Source of the DNA: Heterodontus francisci
Lineage: Eukaryota
Reading direction: 5' to 3'
NCBI RefSeq assembly: GCF_036365525.1
Contig: NC_090399.1
Location: 42,502,430 to 42,566,429 of the forward strand
Length of the DNA stretch: 64,000 nt
Within the stretch, counting starts at the first letter, position 1; each line of letters starts with the position of its first letter. Below the pieces are notes generated by a model. That model worked only from the letters and a program-made list of their open reading frames with translations. It was not told where the DNA came from and searched no databases. The position numbers and the translations under genes are program-made. Positions 39,005-50,050 of the stretch are shown piece after piece.

Positions 39005-39429
39005 CAGCAGGTCTGGCAGCATCTGTGGAAAGAGAAGCAGAGTTAACGTTTCGGGTCAGTGACCCTTCTTCGGAACTGACAAATATTAGAAAAGTTGTTC
39101 AATATTCAGTGTATTTACACCTAATCTGTACTAATGCTTTGTCTTTCAACACACCATTAACATATTGTTTGCCTTTGCTCCGTGACCTTTTGGTCAGCTA
39201 TGTGGCCTGGTCCAATCTGCACCTTCTCCTTTGTTATCTCTTGCCCCACCCCCACCTCACTTGCTTATAATCTGTGACTTTTCTAATATTTGTCAGTTCC
39301 GAAGAAGGGTCACTGACCCGAAACGTTAACACTGCTTCTCTTTCCACAGATGCTGCCAGACCTGCTGAGTGATTCCAGCATTTCTTGTTTTTGTTTCAGA
39401 TTTCCAGCATCCGCAGTATTTTGCTTTTA
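39005..39429. mobile_element. Young Penelope terminal insertion with an inverted repeat and ~14-bp TSD
   Basis: 39005-39095 is the reverse complement of ~39277-39368. TTCTAYGATTCTGT occurs at 38991-39004 and 39430-39443. Hammerhead motifs lie at 39041-39080 (-) and 39294-39334 (+). Confidence 0.85.
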
Positions 39430-41156
39430 TTCTACGATTCTGTACTGCTTTCCTTTAAAAAAAAGTCTTGGCTGCTTTGATTGACAGGAGCAGGCGTTTA
39501 GCAGTGCTTGTCTGTTTATGTAGCTTCTGGCACTCTATTCTGTCTGTTGAAGAACATTTGTTGCTTTTAAATGAACTTTTTGATTTATTGCAGAAAGTGG
39601 GATTGAAGGTGAACCTGAAAAAGACTCAGTTGGTGCAGAGTGAAGTCACCTCCTTGAGGGTAAAAATCTCTGCTCCAGGACTCAGTCCGGATCAGTATAA
39701 GGTCAAAGTTATTCCGAGACTCCCATTGCTTGTATCGATGACGGCATTGCCATCCTTTTTGGGATTGGTAGGATATCGGAGAAGTTTTATCCTGAACTTT
39801 GCAGATTTGGCCGAGCCACTGTATGAATTATTGAAAGGTGATGAGGAAGATATTCGGCCAGCATGGGGGTGATAGTCACACAGAATCAGTGAATGTCTGA
39901 AAACAGGCAACAATGCAGACTACTGCCCTTATCACCCCAGACTCCAGCAGGCCTTTCCATCTGGAAGTTGGTTCAAACCCTTCCAGCCTGACAGCAGTTT
40001 TAAGTCAGCAACAGCAGATAGACGCACGTTGTGCCCTGTATTTTGAGAGAGGCAGGAAATATGTACTCAGCCTGTGAACGTCACCTTCTGGGCAGTCAAT
40101 CACTTTACTTACATCACCGGACCACAGAAAGTGATTTTATATTCATCGCACATGCTCCTTAATCTTCTATTAAAACCAAGTGATACGAAGGTGTCTTCTC
40201 AATGGATCATCAAATAGACACTTGAGTTACTGCAGCGAGACTTGGACATCACCCCCACATGAACAACTCTTTTTGCCCTGATGCTTGTGTACGAGCGAAG
40301 TCCACACCAGTGTCTATTACCTGTGTTGGAGATGGAATTAAACCCGGTAAAAGCCTGCACTATTCTGGAGGCCCGAAATGTGTACTTGTACGGCTCGTCC
40401 TATTACACTGACGGCCACCCCAAAACCGGGTGTGTCATAGTTGACATGGACACTCCTGATTGGACAATGGGAGTCCAAGTTCCTGTCCATTCATCTCAAC
40501 AATCAGAGCTGATAGCTGTCATCCTCACCGTCCACTATACAGCATCAAAAGCAACTAATATTGGGTCTGATAGTGGTTACGTCTGCAATGCAGTTATGGT
40601 CTTACCCCTGTACCATAAAAATGATTGTTGTTTATCTGATGGTAAATCTTTATTACATTCTGGTCTCCTCTGTAAGCTATGGGAAGTGCTCCGGGAACGA
40701 GTCACCCTCTGTCATTAGGAAAGGTAACAGCCCATCGGAAATAGTTGGGACAAGGGATCAAATTTGGGAAGATGTGGTAAATCAAGGCAAGAGAGAAAGG
40801 GATTAATATGGGAAATGATAATCTGACTATGACAGGAAAGATTCATCACCAAACACCCAGGGTAACAATACAGCCGACTGACTTGCTCCAGAATCCGCAG
40901 AGAATGGATTCCCAGTCCCAGGGTAGGTGATGGATAAATCCAGATCCCAGGCACCTGTTGTAGCTGTTGTTACGAAAATAAAAACCATCAATTTGACAGA
41001 ACTCCAAACTTTGTTCACTCCATTTGCTCAGGTTATAGAATGGCACAAACAGGGGTGTCCAGTATCACAGCCCCCCTGGTGGGCAAACTCCACAGTGATT
41101 CAACACCATGATAAAGAAAGCCCCTCCCTATTAATGATTAAAATAAGGTTGATTCA

Positions 41157-42210
41157 TTGGTAGTTTACATTCCTCCCCACCTTAAAGAGGAAATGTTAGT
41201 ACTCTTTCATTCTCACCCAATGGCTGGACATTACTCAGCCGATACTACATCACAAAAGCTAACTTGCGCCTGTCGGTGGCCAGAAATGGAGCAGCATGTA
41301 GAGCAATATGTCAATAGATGTAGACCATGTTTGCAAGTTAATCCTCCTTCCTGTTCGAATCGCGCCCTACTCCGGTCACAACCTCCTCCTAATGGCCCGT
41401 GGACACACTTACAGATTGATTTTATTGGTCCCTTTACAAAGTCTCAGGGAAACTATGAGTTTGGTCTTGTGGTGGTGGACCAATTTACAAAATGGATGGA
41501 GGCCTTCCCAACCAGGAATAATAAAGTACATACGGCCACACAATTCCTTTTGCGTGAGGTGTTCTGTCGGTAGGGAATACCGAGACAGGTGGTTAGCGAT
41601 CAGGGTCCACACTTTACAGGGGACATTTTTACTGCCCTGCAGGACATGCTCCAAATAAGGCAGAAATTGCACATTACACACCACCCGCAATCATCAGGGA
41701 TTGTGGAAAGGAGTAATCGTACTTTGAAAACCAGAACACCCCACTCAATTGGCTGACATGAAGCCTCTATGTTTGATGACAATATGTTCCACCCGTCATA
41801 AGGCAATAGGGATAAGTCCATATGAGGCTATGACTGGGAGACAAATGCAGATACCGGGACAATAACTCTGGGGAATAGAACGTCATTAAAACTACAGCCA
41901 TGTCGTCAGAAGTGGTTGCAGACAATGATAGACCACGTGGAATAAGTGAACAGACTGGTGGCAGAAAACCTGGGAAGGTCACAAAATCAAGTTAAACAAT
42001 GTTTTGACGAGAAAGTCAAACCATTTGAATATGGGGTTGCAGATCAAGTAAAATAACAACATTTCTCCCCTAAAAAAAACACCTTTTGATGTGAAATGGG
42101 TCAGTCCCCAGACCATAACTGATAAATTAAACCCAGCTGTAAACTATTGAATGTGCCACACGGTCCAAAAAAAGAACCAAAGTTAAGGTGATTCCATATT
42201 AATCAGATGG
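41157..42210 (+). pseudogene. Integrase (HHCC and DDE), with stops
   Basis: HSHPMAGH..CRPC; QIDFIGP; SDQG; GIVER. Confidence 0.9.
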
Positions 42211-42399
42211 AAACTGTTAAGGATTAAGATGTTACATTTGCTCTACCTACAGGTGAGAATGTGGACCTGCATGCTTGAATTAATACTTGGAAAGACAGTG
42301 AACACAATAAACACAACAATAACATTCAGGACACCATTATTCACTGTACTCTGGACAAAGCAGGTGAATGTGCTCCACTTTGCAATTTATGGATCAGAA

Positions 42400-44750
42400 C
42401 CTCAGATTTTTGGTGGACATAAAGTTAATGAGTCACAATGACTCTTACAAGACATACGAGGAGGATCTCCCAGTTTGGATAAGAAATAATAAGAGAGATA
42501 GTGTAATGACAGCAAACATAACAGGCTATGGTGCTCTCCTGGGAAGACTTTCTATGAGAAATAAAAGAGGGATATGGAGTGTGTATTCTGTGCAAGGTAA
42601 AAGACAGGGGAGGCCTGAATGTGTGGAACTTTCTGGGAAAGAATAATGGGAACTGGGAGCAAGTAAAAGAAACAAACCAAGGCCCAGTGGAATCAGAGAG
42701 TGAAGAAGACATCCAATTGAGTTGGCTTCGATGGTGGAAGAGACAGGAAGGGCAATATTCTTGTCTTAGGTCTAATAATGGAAATTGGGATGACAGACCT
42801 CTTTCAGTAACTTTTCGGTGATGGGCCTTGGGGGGTAATAGGCCGAGTCAAGATAAGATTTGAGGATGCAATAACCGGATGTACAAATACCGACAGCTAC
42901 CTCTACAGTGTTACACTCATACCAATGAGAAGGTCGATAGCTCAGATGCCTGGGATCAGGAACAAGTGGGGCAATGTCCTCAATTAGAGGCTCAAACTAG
43001 GGTGTCAACTGACGTGGCAGACAAAAGACACCTACACGAGATACTTCATATAAACACCTTTATTGATACTTCAATCACTTATTAAGCTACTCGTTATTTC
43101 CCTTGTTAAACTATTTGTTACTTGTTACAATAAATCACAAGACTCACGGCTTGGAATTAAATACTACCCGTTGTGAGGTGAGGTGATCAGTCTCCCTCCA
43201 GTGGTGGGTTCTCTTCACTGAATCCTGGACTCGGGGTTCCCTTCCGCGATGGTGGTTCCTGCAGATCTTCGCTTCGGAGGTTCCTAACCTCCCCTTTTTA
43301 TCCAGTTGCTTCCAGCATCGAGAATGTTCTTAGTCACGTACACCCATGACTTGGAGCCATCCGTTTGCTTAGTGCTAGTTGCAAAGCAAAACAAAATACA
43401 TCTGCTGGCCTTGTTCTCCCTATCTGTCCTTGTCTAGCAAACTTCGTAACTGCAGCAGTCTCATATTCTCATAGTCTCATTCAGAAAACAAAATACATCT
43501 TATCACACACTGCCTATTCAACAGGCTGGGCTTGTTAAGCTGCAACTGCAGCTGTTTCACAGTCCTTGTCCTTGTGTAAAGTTGGCTATTTTTCCCTTCA
43601 TGCTTTGCAGATGCTTGGCTGTTAGCCATCCAGGTACAATCCAGAAATAGCCTTGTAATCATCCCTACCCACGAAGCAGTATATCACCAGGTAATACCAG
43701 AAGTGGTCCCTGTCATTTTAAACTTAACCAATTTAGTATTGCTCGAATGGTGTCCCAACATAACAATACAGTTAACTCAAGGGATGATACAGCAGGTTTT
43801 CGACCAGTATTGGGAAAAGGTTGCCTTTGTCAGGAATATCCTGTTATCAGGACAATACAGAATTATGTAAAATTAGGAGTTTGATTGAAGTTTGCCCAGT
43901 CAAGCACGAATGCTACAAGGTTGGGAAGCAGAAGTTATTGGGACTAGTAATACAGATCCCCAGTCTTATGAATTGACCCATGCCTAATCCTCTGTTTAGA
44001 GTAGAAAACATAGGGGTTGTGAGGGAAAGTGTCATTCGTCGATTCCTGAAAGCACCCCAATGGTCGATCCGGCTAAAAGAACTAACTTGGATAGAACCAA
44101 ACCTACAGGGATTCAGAACAAGTAAGGATGCTCTCATTTGCCCAGATGATTTATTCAAGAGACACATGTGGATTCAATGAGTAGGAACTGAACAGTATAA
44201 TGGAGGTTACAGGACCATCAGATGTGAGAACTAGAATGACCAATGTACGAGAAGGGAATTACTGTTTTACCACCTTAGAAGACTATCATCATCACGGGTC
44301 ACTGAAATGTCCAATCAAACCTGGGCCCAACAGTCCGACACCAACCAAAACCACAGGGATAGGGGGAAAAAACCTCCTCGCCATTGCTAAGCCTGACCAA
44401 CAGGTTTTACAAGTAAAAGATGACTTGAACGTAAACATAGAGGATTATGTCACTAAATGTGGATATGACATCCCTGAACTACCTATGGTCTTAACAACAT
44501 TAATAAGTCAAATGAACATCTCCCAATGCCATTATTACACACAAGAGCAAAGAAATAAAGCTATAGCTAAGGAAGTTCCGGGGTAGAGGATTCAATACAT
44601 TGATGGGAAATAGGGTTCAACGTGGAACTTCCCCCCTGAATTAGAATAATTTCACAAATATTGGTTATAACTCAGTTATTGGTGCTAATATGCTTACCAC
44701 TCTATACTTGCTACTTGAAGCACCTGGTGTGTCAGACAAGATGAGAATTA
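42400..44750 (+). pseudogene. env-like glycoprotein remnant
   Basis: Lies between IN and the LTR. Cys-containing segments (FRVENIG..LICP..GNYCFT) and a C-terminal hydrophobic TM at ~44650-44715. Confidence 0.6.
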
Positions 44751-45714
44751 AACATGATCACAGCACAAAATCTCTCGGAAATTAGTAAATGTGGAAGTTT
44801 GAAGTACACAAGAATTTAATTTGAGGGGTCAGCGTAAATGCCTTGCCCTCAATGTGGGGTTATTGTAACATATTTCACTGCTTGGTGTAATTTCTTAAAA
44901 TGTGTAAGCTTAATTATGTGATTATAAGAAGTAATAACACTTTATAATACTGTTACAGTAACTATAATATGAGTAAACTCAGGTAAACCTAGTCTGAGGC
45001 TGAGAAGCAAAGCCTGATGCTGAGCTGAGGTTATGATCAAAAACAAGCTGGCAGCGAAAAACAAACCTCGAGTTAAATATAAAAAGAATGTAGTGGAATG
45101 TTTGAAACTAACATAATGAAAAACAGAACATTAGTTAATTACAATTAAAAGAGAAGATTTAATGTTCCTAAGATCTGTTATCACCAGATTAAAAGATATT
45201 GCTGTAAGTCATGTAACAAGTGTTTGTATGAGGTTCCTAGATCAGGAATAATAACGTTGTAAGGAAATGGAACAATGTGATACCAGAATATTAAGCATAA
45301 CATTTGATGTTACACTTTGAAAAAATGATGATTAAACGGAATGAGTGAGATAGCCCAGGCGATTGTCAGTTGCCACGTAGACTCAAAAGAGAAAAAGGGT
45401 ATAAAAGAACAGCTATTGAACATGAGAAGCAGCACAAAAACCCAGAGGAAGAAAGAAGAGAATCTTTAGTCAACAGAACACAGCATGAAAAAGAGACACT
45501 GCACCACAGTCACTCGGAGGGCTAGCGCCAAGGTTCTGAGGGACAGGCTGTGACTATTGTCCTGGTCAATTATTACTTCTTTGGAAAGGATGCAAAGTAC
45601 TTCATAAACCTGTGGTACTTAGAACCAATATATATCTGTACCCATAGTAATTATTGTCGTCATGGACAAGTCACCCTTGTTGGATTGAACTGAATCCGGA
45701 AAGTAGCAGGAAAG

Positions 45715-47410
45715 CTCCACATATATCCCCATCCTCAATGATGGGGGAGCCCAGCACTTGAGTACAAAAGATAAGCATTTGCGACCATCTTAAGTCAGAA
45801 GTGCTGAGTGGCTGATCCATCTTGGCCTGATCCTGTGGTCCCCAGCATCACTGATGCCAATCTTCAGCCAATTTGATTCACTCCACGTGATATCAAGAAA
45901 TGTCTGAAGGCACTGGATACTGCACAGGCCATAGGCCTGACAATAATCTAGCTGTAGTACTAAAGACTAGTGCTCAAGAACTAGCCAAACTATTTCAGTA
46001 CAGCTACAACACTGGCAGCTACCCGACAATGTGGAAAATTGCCCAGGTATGTCCTATACGCAAAAAGCAGGATAAAATAAAATCTGGCCAATTATTGCCC
46101 CAACAGTCTACTCTCAATCATCAGCAAAATAATGGAAAGTGTCAACGACAGTACTATCAAGTGGCACTTATCCAGCAATAACCTGTTCACTGACAGTCAG
46201 TTTGCGTTCCACCAGGGTCATTAAGCCCCTGATCTCATTACAGCCTTGTTCCAATCATGGACAAAAAAGCAGAACTCAAGATGTGAGGTGAAAGTTACTG
46301 ACTTCGACATCAAGGCAGCATTTGACCTAGTATGGCATCAAGAGCTCTAGTAAAATTGAAGTCAATGGGAATGAGGAGGAAAACTCTCCAATGGTTGGAG
46401 TCGTAACTAGCACAAAGGAAGATGGTTGTGGTTGTTGGGGGTCAATCATCTCATCACTGCAGGACTTCCTCTGGGTAATGTCCCAGGCCCAACCATCTTC
46501 AGCTGCTTCATCAACGACCTTCCCTCAATCATAAAGCCAGAAGTAAGGATGTTTGCTGGTGATTGCACAATGTTCAGAACCATTTGTGACTCCTCAGATA
46601 CTGAAGACGTAAGTGTCCATATGCAACAAAACCTGGGCAACATTCAGCCTTGGGCTGATAAGTGGCACATAACATTTGTGCCACACAAGTGCCAGGCAAT
46701 GACCATTTCCAACAAGAGAGAATCTAACCATCTCCCCTTGACATTCAATGGTATTACCATCACCGAATTCCCCACCATCAATATCCTGGGGGGTTACCGT
46801 TGACCAGAAACTTAATGGACCAGCCATATAAATATTGTGACAACAAGAGCAGGTCAGAAGCTGGGAATTCTGCAGCGAGTATCTCATCTCCGGACTCCCC
46901 AAAGCCTGTCCACCATCTACAAGGCACCATTGTCAGGAGGTTGATGGAATACTCTCCACTTGCCTGGATGGGTGCAGCTCCAACAACATTCAGGAAGCTA
47001 GACACCACCCAGGACAAAGTAGCCTGATTGATTGGCATCCCATCCACCACCAACGCACAGTGGTAGCACTGTGTACCATCTACAAGATGGACTGCAGCAA
47101 CGCACCAAGGCTCCTTCGACAGCACTTTCCGAACCCACAACCTCTCCACCTAGAAAGACAAGGGTAGCAGTTGCATGGGAACATGACCACCACCGGCAAG
47201 TTCCTCTCCAAGCCACACACCATCGTGACTTGGAGCTATATTGCTGTTCCTTCACTGTCACTGGATCAAAGTCCTGGAACTCCCTCCCTATCAGCACGGT
47301 GGGAATACCAGCACCAGATTGACTGCAGCTGTTCAAGGCAATGGCTCGACACCACCTTCTCAAGGGCAATTAGCAATGGGCAAGAAATGCTGGTCTACAC
47401 CCATGAAAGA
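45715..47410 (+). mobile_element. Decayed CR1/L2-type LINE (RT to 3' tail)
   Basis: MWKIAQVCP, DIKAAFD, GPTIFSCFINDLP..MFAGD, MEYSPLAW; same 3' tail family as 61225-61590. Confidence 0.85.
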
Positions 47411-47539
47411 ATAAAAAAAAAACATTGTTTAATCCCCCACCATTTATATCCTGGCTGTAACCATTGCAGCAGCAGCAGGATTATAATCCACCACAATCTG
47501 TAACCTCATCTCCTGGCAGATCCTTCACTCCACCATTAC

Positions 47540-49140
47540 CCTCAAACCAAGTGACCAATCTAGTTTAAGGAGAAGTGAAGGGGGAGCAGCACCAGGAAGA
47601 CCTGAAAATGAGGCATCTACCATTTGAAGCTACAACACAGGACTGTATGTGTGCAGAATGACAGAAGCAGCAAACTAGAGACAGAGGCCAGCGATCCCCT
47701 AATCAACAGATCAGAACACAGCTTTGCAGTCTGGTGACATCCAGTCATGACTGCTGGTGAACAATTAAACAACTAACAGTAGGTGGAGACGCCATGAACA
47801 TCCTCATCCTCAACGATAGCAGAGACCAGCGAGTGAATGTAAAAGACAAAACTGTAGCATTCACCCCAATCTTCAAACAAAAGTGTAGGGTGGATGATCC
47901 ATCTCAGCCTCCTTCTGAGGTCCCCACCATCACAGATGTCAGTCTTCAGCCAATTCAGTTCAATCTACATGATATTAAGAAATGGCTGGGTGCACTGGAT
48001 ATAGCAAAGGCTATAGTCCCTATAACATCTCAGCTGTAAAGCTGAAGGCCTGTACTTCAGAACTAACTTAGGGCGGCACAGTGGTTAGCACTGCAGCCTC
48101 ACAGCTCCGGGGACCCGGGTTCAATTCTGGGTACTGCCTGTGCGGAGTTTGCAAGTTCTCCCTGTGACCGCGTGGGTTTTCGCCGGGTGCTCCGGTTTCC
48201 TCCCACAGTCAAAGACTTGCAGGTGATAGGTAAATTGGCCATTGTAAATTGCCCCTAGTGTAGGTAGGTGGTAGGGAATATGGGATTACTGTAGGGTTAG
48301 TATAAATGGGTGGTTGTTGGTCGGCACAGTCTCGGTGGGCCGAAGGGCCTGTTTCAGTGCTGTATCTCTAAATAAAAAAAAAATAACTTCATCTCTAGCC
48401 AAGCTGTTCGAGTACAACTACAAAACTGGCATCTACCGGACAGGTATGTCCTGTCCACAAAAAAGCAGAACAAATCCAATCCAGTCAGTTACAGCCCCAT
48501 CAGCCTCCTCTCAATCATTAGCAAAGTGATGGACGGTATCATGGACAATGCTATCAATCACCATTTACTCACAATAACCTGCTCACTGAGGCTCAGTTTG
48601 GAATCTGAAAAGATCACTCAACACAAGACCTCATTACAGCCTTGGACCATAGATGGACAAAACATCTGAATCCCAGAAATGAGCAGAGAGTGGCTGCTCT
48701 CAACATCAAGGCAGCATTTGACCAAATGTGACATCAAGGAGCCCTAGTAAAATGGCTGGTGTCACACCGAGCACAAAGGAAGCTGGTTGTTGTAGGAGGA
48801 TAATCATCTCAGCTCCAGGATGTCACTGCAGCAGTTCCTCAGAGTGTTTTTTTTGTTTTCTTTCATGGGATGTGGGTTCATGGGAACAGCACCACCTCCA
48901 ATTTCCCCTCCAACTCACATACCATTCTGAATTGGAAATATATCACCATTCCTACATCATCACAGTCAAAATCCTGGAACACATTCCCTACCAGCAGCAT
49001 TGGGAGAATATCTTTCCCATACGGATTGCAGCATTTCAAGGCAATGGCTCACCACCACCTTCTCCAGGGGAATTAGGGACGGGTGATAAATGCTGGCTTT
49101 TCCAGTGAAATCCACATCCAGAGAATGAAGAATTAAAAAA
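47540..49140 (+). mobile_element. Second decayed copy of the same LINE family, internally deleted
   Basis: Similar to 45720-46330 and to the shared 3' tail. Confidence 0.75.
48070..48383 (+). mobile_element. HE1-like V-SINE with TSD TAACTT
   Basis: tRNA head GGGCGGCACAGTGGTTAGCAC..GGGTTCAATTC, V-domain and A-rich tail. TAACTT at 48064-48069 and 48384-48389. Confidence 0.9.
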
Positions 49141-49144
49141 TAAA

Positions 49145-50050
49145 AATTTGATTTTTATATATTTTGCTTCTTGTTTTTAATTGTAAATTCATTTTGCTTT
49201 AACCTTTTCCCATTCTCTTGTCCTCTTTCACTACTGACTTTTTTAGCCTCCGCCTCTCATTTTCTATCTCCATTCTTTACTACTTTCTATCCATTTCATT
49301 TTGTACTGAACATTTCTCCCATTGTCTCTCTTATTTTTCTCTTCATTGATGAATTATTATTTCTGTCTTTCCTTTTCCTCTTCTCATCTTCATTCTACTG
49401 ATCTTTGGACTGGTTTCTTTCTTTCTCCCTCTCAGACCTTTATAGCTGATTATTTCTTACTTATCTTTTCCACACATCATTTCCCTCTTTTTTTTTATTT
49501 CCCAATTTAATTCCACATCTCTCTCATTTTGAACCTTAATTCCTCATCTCATTTTGTACATTTCATCTTTCAATTTTAATCTTTCCTTTCCACATAATCA
49601 CTTCAGTTGGTTTTAATTGTAATTTAATTTAACTTTTTCTTATTTCCTATTTTACTCCTTCCCATTGCTCTAATGTTCTCCTGATCTTTTACCATCCTGA
49701 ACTGATTTATTTGTTTCAATTTATCTTTGCTTTGCTCAATTTCTTTTCCTATTTCACATTTCAATCTCTTTTCTCTTTATCTTCTCCCTCATTTTTCTAT
49801 TTTCTTTTCCTCATATTCATTCTATTGCCCTTTTAACTCTTCATTTGCTGATTAACGTTTGTCTCTTCTCATCTCCCACACTTTCCGATGTATTTTTTGT
49901 CTCCATCACATTATTCTTGTTTCTCTGTTCTTCTCTTCCTCACATCTCACACTTTTTAAAAAATTCATTCTTGCTTAACTTTTCCTCTTCTCATCTCCCT
50001 CATTTTTCGATTAACTTTTTCTCTCCTTCATATCTCTCATTTTTACCTCA
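49145..50050. repeat. T/C-rich low-complexity tract
   Basis: About 900 bp, strongly G-poor. Confidence 0.85.

Larger units (their letters stand above)
36666..39520 (-). mobile_element. Non-autonomous Gypsy-type LTR retroelement: gag - zinc knuckle - protease - captured myc - PPT - 3' LTR (5' LTR not seen)
   Basis: Gag ORF 38549..38959 (RQQPQESIDQFISRCR..CDF). CGKCG..CPA..CKAC..HW..C knuckle at ~38270-38372. Protease KIDTEARANILP..LSAYN. PPT GGAAAGAAGGGGA at 37056-37068, then LTR TG(37055)..CA(36666). Confidence 0.85.
39525..45710 (+). mobile_element. 5'-truncated, decayed endogenous retrovirus-like element (lokiretrovirus-like): RT end, tether, RNase H, integrase, env-like region, 3' LTR
   Basis: RT FLGLVGYRRSFILNFADLAEPLYELLK; tether PFHLEVG..YSACERHLL; RNase H YGSS..SQQSELIAV..SDSGYV; IN HHCC plus GPWTHLQIDFIGP..SDQGPHF..QSSGIVERSN; env-like region with TM ILVITQLLVLICLPLY; LTR starting TGT at 44864 with TATAAA at ~45400. 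Confidence 0.8.

Noticed and set aside
48070-48140. tRNA genes (also ~19630-19702, 60314-60400)
   Set aside because: They are tRNA-derived heads continuous with SINE or LINE bodies.
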